From: Eledone cirrhosa
Lineage: Eukaryota
DNA: 64,000 nt
Direction: 5' to 3'
Assembly: GCA_964016885.1 (NCBI GenBank)
Contig: OZ024742.1
Location: 181,040,001 to 181,104,000 of the forward strand
The notes beneath the pieces were generated by a model that saw nothing but the letters and a program-made list of their open reading frames with translations, ran no database searches and was not told where the DNA came from. Within the stretch, counting starts at the first letter, position 1, and every line of letters begins with the position of its first letter. The translations under genes were made by a program, and so were the position numbers. Shown one piece after another: positions 53,196 to 64,000 of this stretch.

Positions 53196-54099
53196 ATAAT
53201 ATAGAGCAGTTTTATAAATAAATATTGACATACCCTTAAAGAATGCGACCATTACTGTTGGAAGCTCCCGGATAATTTGTTGAGTGCTTTATATCAGTTA
53301 TAAAAATATTTGCTTGTTGTTTCCCAACAATTTAAATAGAACTTCTACATATATATATATATGTTATTAAATATGTTAGGATGCAACACTGACTCTTTGT
53401 TCCTTTATTCTTATAGTCTGTGTGTGTGTGTATATATATGTATATATAGTGGAGGCATGTGGTCTAGTGATAAGAGTGTTGGACTTACAATCATAATGTC
53501 ATGGGTTCCTTTCCTGGGTTGCACGTTGTGTTCTTGAGCAAAACACTTCATTTTACATTTCTCCAGTATACTCAGCTGAAAAGGAGTACCAGCAATAGCT
53601 GGAGGTTTAACCCTGTGATGGACTGGCGACTGTCCAGGGGAAAGTCTTGTACTCTCAGTCACTTCACACCATGAAACCGGGATAAGCACTGGCCAAATGA
53701 GCCTTCTGGCTTAAGACAGACTTTAGCTTTTAGATATATATATAACATCCTTCATGCTGGTGCCACAATAAAATGTGCACAGTATACTCTGTAAAGTGGT
53801 TGGTATTAGGAACGACATTCCACCATAGGAAATATGTGAAACATAGGGTTGAAAGGACTCTTGAACTTTGCCAAAGACACAACAACTACTTTAGTGCTGG
53901 TGTCATGATAAAATGTACCCAGTACACTTCTGCAAATTGAAGGGATGTATATAAGCATAATGCCACCACTGTCCTGTCTGTATGGACAGTGGCTTTAATT
54001 GAATGCTGATTTGGTCTGTAATGTTTCGTCCAGCTTATGCTAGCATGGAAAAACAGATCTTAAATTATGACAATAATATATATATATATATTATTGTCA

Positions 54100-54474
54100 T
54101 TAGAAACTCACTCAGATGGTGGATGGGTGCTACACGAGAATGCTGAGGATGGCTCTGAACATTAATCAGTATACACTGAGGATGAAAAACTCAGAGCTGT
54201 ATGGGAGCCTCCCAAAAGTCAGTTCAAAAGTGACACAGAGGAGACTGAGGTTAGCTGGACATGCTCACCGACATCCAGAGTTGACATTGCACTCAGTGCT
54301 CCTGTGGGAGCCCCTACATGGACACACTGGAAGAGGAAGACCAAGGTTAACGTATGTTGATGCCCTAAGGACAGACACTGGTCTGTTGGAGACGCAGGAC
54401 ATGGCAGCGATAATGAGGGACAGAGACCGCTGGAGAGAACTCGTCCATGGATCTCGGGAATTTTACCCACCCTA
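54100..54474 (+). mobile_element. Second RTE-like LINE family, ORF C-terminus
   Basis: DGCYTRMLRMALNI...NSELYGSLPKVS...RRLRLAGHAHRH...LLWEP.HG..GRGRPRLTYVD...MRDRDRWR. Confidence 0.85.
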
Positions 54475-54661
54475 GATATATATATATGTATATATATCTA
54501 TATATTTAATTACATAATAAACAACACACTATAATTATTCCTTTACAAAAGGTTTCAGGAAACTAGACAATCCTAACAGAAACGTCCAGTATGTAATTAG
54601 ATAGCTCTGTTCAATACATGAAGCCTTTTTCTTTCCTTAACTTTTTCTACGGAAATTCATA

Positions 54662-54700
<39 letters not shown>

Positions 54701-55440
54701 ATCAAAATATGGTTAAAAGAGTTCCATGTATTTTATTATGCGCATTTCAAAAACAAATATCATCATGAGATAACATTTACGTTTTTGTCAGATAAAATAG
54801 GGAGATATGATATGAAGGTTAAAAAACACTTGTGAATAGTGCAGTTTTAAATCAACATATGAAAAGTAATTTAAGATTGATGTGTGATATTGGGAAAAAA
54901 ATGAGGGGGGGTGGAAAGGATGAAAAAGAGGAGGAGTTGAGAGTAAGGAATGGTGGGGGAGGAGTATAATAAGGAAGGATGAGATAGGAGGAGAGATGGG
55001 TGATAGAAAGAGAGAGATAGCCTTTAAAACTGAGAAAAATATATTGTTTCACAGAGAGAGGTTAAAAAGCCGTTGGAAGATAATATATAATTTAAAAGAA
55101 TTTGAAAATTGATGAAGAGAAAAAATTAAGAATAATGTTAAATTAAGGTTTGTATATTGAAGGGTTTTAATAATATGTGCAATGAAAAGAAATTGTTAAT
55201 ATGTATTATTAAAATAAGAATATTAATGTTATTAAGGATATAATGTGAAAAGAAGTAGAAGAGTGGATGAATTATGAATTTAGAGGAATTAGTTAGTGTT
55301 TAAGTTTGTTTTTATGTAATGTAATATGTATGCATAATATATGTAAATAGTTTGTTTACACATTGTAGAGTACTACTTATCCAATATCTACATTGCTTTA
55401 TTGTACTACAATAAAACTCACCTCCTACATTATATATATA

Positions 55441-55652
55441 TATAAGGAAAAAAGATGAAATCGAAAATTCAACTGGAGTCTTATTTTTTTTTAAATATAT
55501 ATATATTTGAGAAAAACCACAGACCTTCCATCTTAACTCTACTTTTGAAAAGCAGAAGAACTGCGAAACCGGTAAAGGAACCAAATAAATATATATATTT
55601 TTTTTAAAATAAGACTCCAGTTGCATTTTAGATTTCATCTTTTTTCCTTATA
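55441..55652. repeat. Hairpin with ~70-bp arms enclosing a hammerhead
   Basis: tataaggaaaaaagatgaaatc...caactggagtcttatttt / aaaataagactccagttg...gatttcatcttttttccttata. Confidence 0.85.
55542..55577 (+). ncRNA. Minimal hammerhead ribozyme, U3-A8 core
   Basis: CTT-TTGAAAA-GCAG aagaa CTGC-GAAA-CCGG-TA-AAG. Confidence 0.75.
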
Positions 55653-58189
55653 CTTTCACTCGTGTAGGACACCTCGGTTATTTTTCATTTTGTAAAAAAA
55701 CCTCACTTTCGAATATATATATATATATTTTACTGCAAACTCTGCTAAGAGTATTGCAATCACTTGTCAGATTATAGTGTTTGGTACACTTTTAGCCGCA
55801 TGAACCTGTAACATATCCTGAACAAGCAATGCCTGTGCTTTGAAGGTTTTTAAGTGGGGAAAAACCTTGCACTCGACTAATCCCACTCTCTGAGCATCGA
55901 AAACACTACCCAAAAAGGCGAACTGGTCAGCATCATTGGATGTTTCCGAAGCCACAAGTATTTTTCAGAGTTTCCCTCTCCTAGAAAGGTGTTGTAAGAA
56001 CAACTGGGGGGCCTTTCACTGCCACATGTAATATATATATATATATATACTAGCATATTGTCTGACAATATTTACAGTAAAAAAATATTTGATTTAATGC
56101 TTCCTTGATTAGAACATTCACTGTAAATATGTTTGAATTCTCAAATTTTCCTCACCCTTTTCTCTCTTATAACTCCTGCCATTGCCAGATTTCAATTTAC
56201 ATTCATTTATATAAATTACAATAATTTTCTTTCATAATATCATTATCAACTAACTTACGATGACTTTGTTATATGTATGTATTTATCCATCTATCTTTGG
56301 ATGGCTATTGGGATTCTTGCCTAATTGTTATTGTTCTTTGAAAATAGATATGTTGGAAAGTATGAGGGTTCATAGGCTGACCAAGATACTCTCATGGAAT
56401 GACCAAATGCGATTTATTTTTCAACATAGTCCCTGGAAAGCAACTAAGTAGTTATTAACAAGACACATTGAAATTAATGCATGCAAGATTTCACAGCTCT
56501 AGCAACACTCCTTGATAGTTAGCCAATGAACTTTTCAGCTGACCCTCATATACATAAATAGATAGCTATATATAGACAGTGAGACAGACATATTGACAGT
56601 CAGGAAAACAGATACATAGATAGATAGATAGATAAACAGATAGACAAACAGATAGATAGATAAGCAGATGCATAGCCAGAATGAGAGACAGATGTGTTAA
56701 AAAAATTGACCATCTCTACATGGTCAACACATACACACACTTATATACATATATATTGTTTGCTCTCATGATACGGGTGGATACGTTTGTCAACACTGAG
56801 ATAGAGAGAGGGAGAAGTAGGGAGGAAGATAAAACTCATGTATTCTCATATTTCTACTTGCCATGTGATCATGTGTTTTATTATAATGATATATATATTT
56901 ATAGACAAACATTGTATTAAAATTGGCATGTTCCTGTATTGCTGGGAAATTTGGTAGTTAGTTTATTCCCATCAGACTACAATACATTATTAGTAACTAT
57001 TAATTATTTGAATGTAAGAATAACATTTCGAAAATTGTGTACTTGTATTTAATTTGCTAATTTGAATTATATTGTGAGATGCTAAAGTCAGTATAATGAG
57101 TGAATATGTAATGAGATATATAACAAGACTCATGCCTACCTTGGGGAAGCACGTAACTTAGAAAATAGAAAATTATAATATAGTTCATTTTAATTAGAAT
57201 AGAGCAGCTATTGTATACATCATTATCCTTTTATGCCTGTCTGCTTTCATTGCTCCTCTGGAAAATGAAGACCAGCCAAGAGAACCAATGAGATGCTTTT
57301 GACACCGAATGCCTATAGAAAATCCTTGGCATCAGGTGAGATGACTTCATCACCAACATAGAAGTCCATTAACAAATTTACCAATAACGTGTGTCTAACA
57401 GCATGTGCACGTGTCGACTTGGTTGGTTAGCTGGGATGTGTCATATGACTCCCAAATGAGAGACATGCTAATCAGCTCCTGTATTAGTATTCCCTATTGA
57501 AAGAGGTAAGGGGGATGTCCCAAGATGAACTGGTGGCATGCAATTGACCTGGAATATTTCAACAAAATTTGAAATGGTATATTGATAGAAGCAAATGGCC
57601 ATGGTCATTGCTGCCTTTTGGGTGCCTTATGTGTCTCAAGACATGCGAGCTTCTAAGTCTAAGCAATATATATATATATATATATATATACACATTCATA
57701 AACGCAGTGAAAGCACATAGTGTGGTGGTTAGGGTGTTCAGCTCATGATTGTAAAATCATGAGTTTGATTCCTAAACTGGATAGGGTGTTGTGTCTTTCA
57801 GTTAATGCTTTATTTTACTTTGATCCAATCCATCCTGCAAGTAAAAAGGAAACTGTACCTGTAAATCAAGTAAATAGCCATGTCACACATTGTGTCACTG
57901 AATTTCCCTGAGAACTTATAAATACACGTGTCTTTGGAATGCTGAGTCACTTACACATTAATTTCTCAAGCAGGCAGTTCTGTTGATTGAATCAACTGGA
58001 GCACTCATCATTGGAGATCTAACACACACACATGCACAAACTCCCACATATAATTGAAAAGAAGGAAGCATAGAAGTACTATTATTAGAGGTTGCTGAAT
58101 ATGGGAAATGCTTGAGAAGGGGAGGTTCTATGACAGGTAGTTCCAACAGAGGGGCCTGTTGCGAAAGTTGACAGCAGTATGCTCTCTCA

Positions 58190-59590
58190 AGCAATTAAAA
58201 ACATGATGACAGGGAAGGCAACTTGTGGAGTAGGCTACAAGCTAGCCACTGGCATTTTCAAACTGGTAATACTCATAGCCAATAACTGGTGCAGCAAAAT
58301 TGTCAACTTCTACATGGGAAAAGATAATGCCCTTGAATGTAACAATTATAGAGAAATCAAACTGATTGACCATCTTATGAAAGTTATGGAAATGGTTATT
58401 GCAGAATTGATCAAGAGCAAAATTAAAGGAGATGTGACACTGTTCAGATTTGTGTTGGCTAGGAGCTATACCAATATCATCTTCCTAGTGAGATAACTAC
58501 AAAAATACTTAACTAGGAATATGTTCCCATGCTTAGCATTTTTTTATCTGGAGAAGATCAACAAGGAAACTAGACATAGAAGTATGGCTTGTAAGGGCTG
58601 CGAAAGCCATGTACAGAGATGCAATCAGCAAGTCATGAGTCAGAAATGAGTGCAGTGATGAATTTGGTGCACCAACAGAGACCCATCAAGGTTCAGTCTT
58701 CTGTCATAAGAGAGAAATGTATGACTGGCTGACCATGGAAATTCATACATGTAGATGATCTAGTTCTCATAACTAAACCCCTGGAAGAGGGTAAGAAGGA
58801 TTCCCAGACTTGAAAGCATAATCCTGAATTGAAGGGTCTCAGAGTAAAGCTTGGAAAGATTAAAGTTTTTTAGGGAGTAGGGAATAAGATAAGACTTTGA
58901 TACCATCAGAAAAGTGGTTGTGCTTGATATGCAGTAAAATAGTAGTCAGAAATTCCATATGGTGTACCCAATGTAATCTATGGATATACATGTAATACAG
59001 CAACATCACAAGCAAGCTGACAGTCAAGGTAGACTTTGTATGTGGTAGATGCTCAAGAGTCATTAGCAGTAAGAACACATGTAGCAAATTCTTTCAAATG
59101 CTCAAAATGTAGACTAAAAATAATTGATAGATTATGTAACTTAGATGATATCATTAGCATTGGATATAGGTGTACAGAAAGTATAAGAGCAGGATAGCTA
59201 TTACCACTGCTGGCAACTAAAGTTTTTTTTTCTTCTGAGTGGATGGCAGACTGTTAGTTCCTTGCATACAAACTGCTATGTTGTATGGTAGCAAAATATG
59301 GACCATAAATGCATATGATCTAAAACCGCTGGAAAGAAATGAGCTGTGAAAGTACCAAGGTATAAGAGGAATCAGTATACTAGAGAATGTGGCAATGGTA
59401 TGGACATGTGATGCACATGGACGATGTTAGATGCACAGAAAAGTGCTGACCCCTTGAAATTGATGGAATCTGTATAAGAAGGTGAAACAAAGTAGCAAAG
59501 TTGGTCCCCAGAAAGCTAAAGCTCATGACTGATCTGGCTAAGGACTATGATTATTGGCAGTATGCAGAGCTAGAGAAAACATGTCCACCC
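58190..59590 (+). mobile_element. Highly decayed RTE LINE RT region
   Basis: YMGKDNALECNNYREIKLIDHLMKVME, VDDLVLI-like and W.C.IC finger remnants with many stops. Confidence 0.8.
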
Positions 59591-60162
59591 TTAGAAGCAA
59601 GTCAGTCTATATACTGCTATTAAGTCCCCCTCTCTTCCCATTAACCTGTATATTATACACTCCTCACTTTTCGATATATTAATTCACTGTGTAATGCTAT
59701 GATTATACCCAATCCCATCACTTTTGTTCTTATCAATATTTTTAATCACACACTGTAACAAGTCTTTATGGAAAGGGGATAGTAAGACTCTGTGTGTCTG
59801 TGGTGTGTGAGAGAGAGATGGTGGTTTTAGTATTATCCGCACTGAAATTTAAAAAAAAATCTTGGTTGATTATATTATTTGTATATGTATGTATATGTAA
59901 ATATATATAAATGAAAAGTATAGAAATTATTATGAGCAAGAAGCACACAGTATTTCATAATATATAGGTGACTATAGCGTCAAAATGGGAAAATAGTTAA
60001 CGTAAGATGTGGGAAAAATAATTCAAACTCAATTCAAAAAGAATCAGGATATAGATTCATCCAACAGAATTTAGTGAAATCCAGGGAAAAATCAATGGAG
60101 CCTTAACTCATGATAAAATAAAGTTTAAAATACTCATCCTTCAATTTGGGAAAACTACAAAT

Positions 60163-60242
60163 GCTCTGTATAGTCTTGAAAAGACTATTTCACGAAACTT
60201 TAAGTGGGGATGGTTACGGTTGGATCCGATCATCAGCAGAGC
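60163..60242 (-). ncRNA. Type I hammerhead ribozyme with a long stem III
   Basis: Minus strand: GCTCTG-CTGATGA-tCGGA...TTCGt-GAA-ATAGTCTT ttc AAGACTAT-A-CAGAGC. Confidence 0.8.
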
Positions 60243-60799
60243 TCAACACGATAACCAAAATCTCACTGATTATAATATGCCAAAAAGGGAATTTAAAAGC
60301 AGGCTAGTTCAACATCATGCGTAATTATGAAAATAAAACGCACATGTGGAGATAGGGTTGGTGACATCAGAATGAGACGAATGTTTGTTTACATGAAATA
60401 ACAGTCAAAAACATTCCGAAAAAGCTCTACAATAAGGAGTTCAGCAAAAAGCAATATTATCGTGTTTTTGTTTTGTTTTGTTTTTTAAAAGACCGGGATT
60501 AGTCAAAAATAATTTAAGCACTCTAGGAAAGAAATCCGAGTATAAATATAAATGAAAAGTATAGAAATTATTATGAGCAAGAAGCACACAGTATTTCATA
60601 ATATATAGGCGACTATAGCGTCAAAATGGGAAAATAGTTAACGTACGATGTGGGAAAAATAATTCAAACTCAATTCAAAAAGAATCAGGATATAGATTCA
60701 TCCAACAGAATTTAGTGAAATCCAGGGAAAAATCAATAGAGCCTTAATTCATAATAAAGTTTAAAATACTCATCCTTCAATTTGGAAAAACTACAAATA

Positions 60800-60879
60800 C
60801 TCTGTATAGTCTTGAAAAGACTATTTCACGAAACTTTCAGTGGGGATGGTCACGGTTGGATTCGATCATCAGCGGAGCT
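60800..60879 (-). ncRNA. Hammerhead ribozyme, second tandem copy with a stem I mismatch
   Basis: Same core; stem I CTCCG/CAGAG. Confidence 0.7.
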
Positions 60880-60922
60880 CAACACGATAACCAAAATCTC
60901 ACTGATTATAATATACCAAAAA

Positions 60923-60955
<33 letters not shown>

Positions 60956-60959
<4 letters not shown>

Positions 60960-61418
60960 GTAAGACGCCTCACGCCCCCTGGCGGATAATAGACCAGGCC
61001 TAGTTGTCTCCCCCTGGTTAAGAACACCAGAGGTAAACAGAGACAGCCACTGGAAAGCAGACGGTATACACGCCACAGAAAACAGCCTCTGTACCACGAA
61101 ACGATAAACAGCCAAGGGAACAGCAAACAGCAAACCCCACAATACCTTTGTAATTGTAATACGCTCCCATCACAACAACTGGATCACGTATATATTTGGT
61201 ATGTTTCATTTGTAATATAATAAACACATATAAACAAAATAAACATCACCATTATTTACATTGTTAAATATAACTCTCGTTGTGGTTATTGTCTTGTTTA
61301 CGCACACACCCACTCACTTTGTTATAATTCTCACTTACAAAAATGATAAATAGATGAGAGACCTTCCCTCACGTCAATGTCGATAAACAATCCAACTAGG
61401 ATACATCATTTTACCACA
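60956..61418. mobile_element. Probable solo LTR inserted in (TA)n
   Basis: TG...CA ends with imperfect inverted termini TGCAGTAAGA/TTTTACCACA, AATAAA signals, and TA tracts on both sides. Confidence 0.5.
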
Positions 61419-62839
61419 TATATATATATATATACACATGCAACATAAGTAAAACATTTAAAATGTCATATTGATATTTAATACTTGGTGATTGTTTCTA
61501 AATAAACTCTGGAATTTTCACAGGGTGAGTTAGTTTGTTGTCAACTAAAATGTTTATTTATTCAAATCTATTCACATCTAATACAAACCTTTCTGTTACT
61601 GAAATGGCACTAATATTAATGAGGAAATATCATTAAATGTCACAACTGAGAAAATCTGATGGCTTGTAATATTGTTGGCTTTCAAGGGATATTCGGTATT
61701 AGTCATCGTAATACTGACATCTCAAAACTAAAGTAATAATACAAAGGTTCCTAAACAATGTTTCCAAGCATATAGGCTATTAACATGTATTCTTCCACCA
61801 TATCTCTTAAGTTACAGAAAATAAACACAGTCATAAACACAAATGTATACACAGACAAGGATAAACAAACACACACACACATGATGGACTTCTACCCAAT
61901 TCCGGTTGACCAAATTCCACTCATAAAACATTGTTCAACTCATGGCTATGGTAGAACACATTTACCCAAAGCGTTATTCAGTGAGAGTAAACCTGAAACC
62001 ACATGGCTGCAAAGCAAAATCATTAACCTCACAGCCATGCCTGCACCTTAGTAAGAAATCAATATATTTGCTAATATGAAATAGAGATGAGATTGTGCCA
62101 GCTTAGAGAAGAATCTAGATAAGATTGTAATTGAACCATTAATGTTAGAATATGTAATAAGAGATATATTATTGTTATCATAATATATTTATATATTTGA
62201 GGATTTTGTGAATGTGATAAAATACTTGATGGTTCTTTTCAATGATAATTATCTCAGAACATAAGAATTACTTGCATAATTCAAACTGTTTTCTTGCAAA
62301 CATATGAGCAACTATGAATGAAAGGATAAACATTGTGTAACATATCTAGCTTCTTCAGCATGCAATAAAGTGATTTCTTCCAGAACAAAGGCAGCATAAT
62401 TTTGAAGAAAGAAAGGAAAAGTGACAACTACTTTTTCAATTGTCATTGATCTGTCAAGCAGTTACATTATTTATTGATATATTTATTTGATATCTCATTA
62501 AGTATCACATTCATCTGTTTTTCTCAAAAGTATTCTAGTATGGATAGTCAATCTGGAAGAGCTTTAGCCTAAAATTTGCTCATGTATTTTGCTTTGGGGG
62601 TATTTTCTTTGATGGGGTCTTAGAAAGAAGCAAGAATTTTTTAAGGTTTTGTAGGGATTTATGATAATGCTACTTTTTAGATATACTGATGTTATTAATT
62701 CCTGATAACATTGATATACTTCATAAATATATTAATAGCAAATTGGTAGAGTCATTTGGGTATTGGAGTAAATGCCTCAGTATTGTTCCAGCTCACTACA
62801 CTGAGTTCAATTTTCCTTGTCAGTATTGTTAAAGTACCA

Positions 62840-63240
62840 ATCTAGCATGGTGAACTGGTAGAGTCAGTGTTGATAAATAGAGTCATATGTGGTGAACTGG
62901 TAGAGTTGGAGGTCAATAAATATAGTACTGGTCTAGTGTGGTGGATTGGTGGAGTCAGTATTGAGTAATAGAGTACCAGTCGAGTGTAGTGAACTAATGA
63001 GATCTGTGTTGATTAATAATAGAGTACTAGTCATATGCTGGACTGGTGGAATCTGTGTTGATTAATAGAGTACTAGTCATATGCTGGACTGGTGGAGTCT
63101 GTGTTGATTAATAGAGTACTAGTCTAGTGTGGTGGACTGGTGGAATCTGTGTTGATTAATAGAGCACTAGTCATATGCTGGACTGGTAGAATCTGTGTTG
63201 ATTAATAGAGTACTAGTCTAGTGTGGTGGACTGGTGGAAT
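62840..63240. repeat. Minisatellite, ~45 bp unit
   Basis: ggactggtggaatctgtgttgattaatagagtactagtc repeated 5 or more times. Confidence 0.85.
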
Positions 63241-64000
63241 CATTAGAGAGCCAGATAGAATTCTTTGTATTATTTGCTCCAGCTTTATGTATTCTGTCAA
63301 ACCCTGCTCTCACCTAGCAGACCCATGTTTAAGGGTTTGAAACTCTACTATATACAAACCCTTAGTTAACCGTGAAATAGTATCAAAATCATCCATGCTA
63401 TTGAACTTGTTGAGAGTAAATGATATTGGGTGATGGTGATGATGATGGTGTTGTTGTTGTTAAAGCTATAGGTGAATGAATGGAATACTGAAAACAACTG
63501 AGACTATACATACTATTTAGCTACTTGTTTTGAAATGATTTCAAGTAACATCTGTATAAAGTTAAGACAAGATTAACCCATGCATTAATGTATTTCATTA
63601 GAAATACATTCTTTTTCAATTAATTAATAAATAATATTATCAATAATGTCATTACTAAAATAGCAACATAACAAATGGGAAGGTGCTTGACTTAGTGGTT
63701 AGAGTATCCGATTCACAATCATGAATTTGTGACTTCAATTCCTGGATTGGGCAATGCATTGTGTTCTTGGGCAAGACACTTTATTTCACATTGCTCCAGT
63801 TCACTCAGCTATAAAAAGGAGTTGTGACATTGGACAACATCAATGGTGCGGAGAGGAGAGACTGGTATGTAAGGGCGACTGTTGGTCTTCTACAAACAAC
63901 CTTACCCAGACTTGTGACTCAACAAAGAAACTCTCTAGGTGCCAATCCCATAGTCATTCATGACTGAAGAAGGTCTTTTAACTTAAAATATTCTTATATA

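Larger units (their letters stand above)
59906..60923 (-). mobile_element. Tandem ~636-bp HHR-containing unit (1.6 copies), pseudo-LTR or retrozyme-like
   Basis: 59906-60283 is repeated at 60547-60923; each repeat carries an HHR; abuts (TA)n. Confidence 0.8.

Noticed and set aside
54535-54775. Two possible minus-strand HHR relics (CTGTT-AGGA..TCCT-GAAA; ATGATGA..GAAATGCGCATA)
   Set aside because: The core or stem II is missing, so they cannot be distinguished from chance.
62840-63240. CRISPR-like regular repeats (also 5750-5990 and 43200-43400)
   Set aside because: No unique spacers, no cas genes and a eukaryotic context; these are minisatellites.

Overview
AT-rich eukaryotic DNA made almost entirely of repeats. 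The repeat landscape resembles an octopus/cephalopod genome, but that is an inference. No host protein-coding gene can be called with confidence, and nearly all long ORF-track entries are artefacts of (TA)n/(CA)n microsatellites or LINE antisense frames. Recognisable content: many RTE-clade LINE fragments, tRNA-derived SINEs (some with RTE 3' tails), three Penelope-like elements (PLEs; RT plus GIY-YIG endonuclease) with inverted pseudo-LTR segments, a non-autonomous Helitron, several MITEs, a probable solo LTR and a CRE-like fragment. The main signal is about 14 type I hammerhead ribozyme (HHR) motifs, plus 3 decayed ones, in about 10 unrelated sequence contexts, nearly all within segments bounded by (TA)n tracts. 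Some lie in PLE pseudo-LTRs. Others lie in ORF-less tandem or inverted units of about 300-640 bp that look like non-autonomous, PLE-mobilised retrozymes able to produce circular RNA monomers. Several HHRs have unusual cores or helices. All folds were paired by eye and none has been tested for activity.
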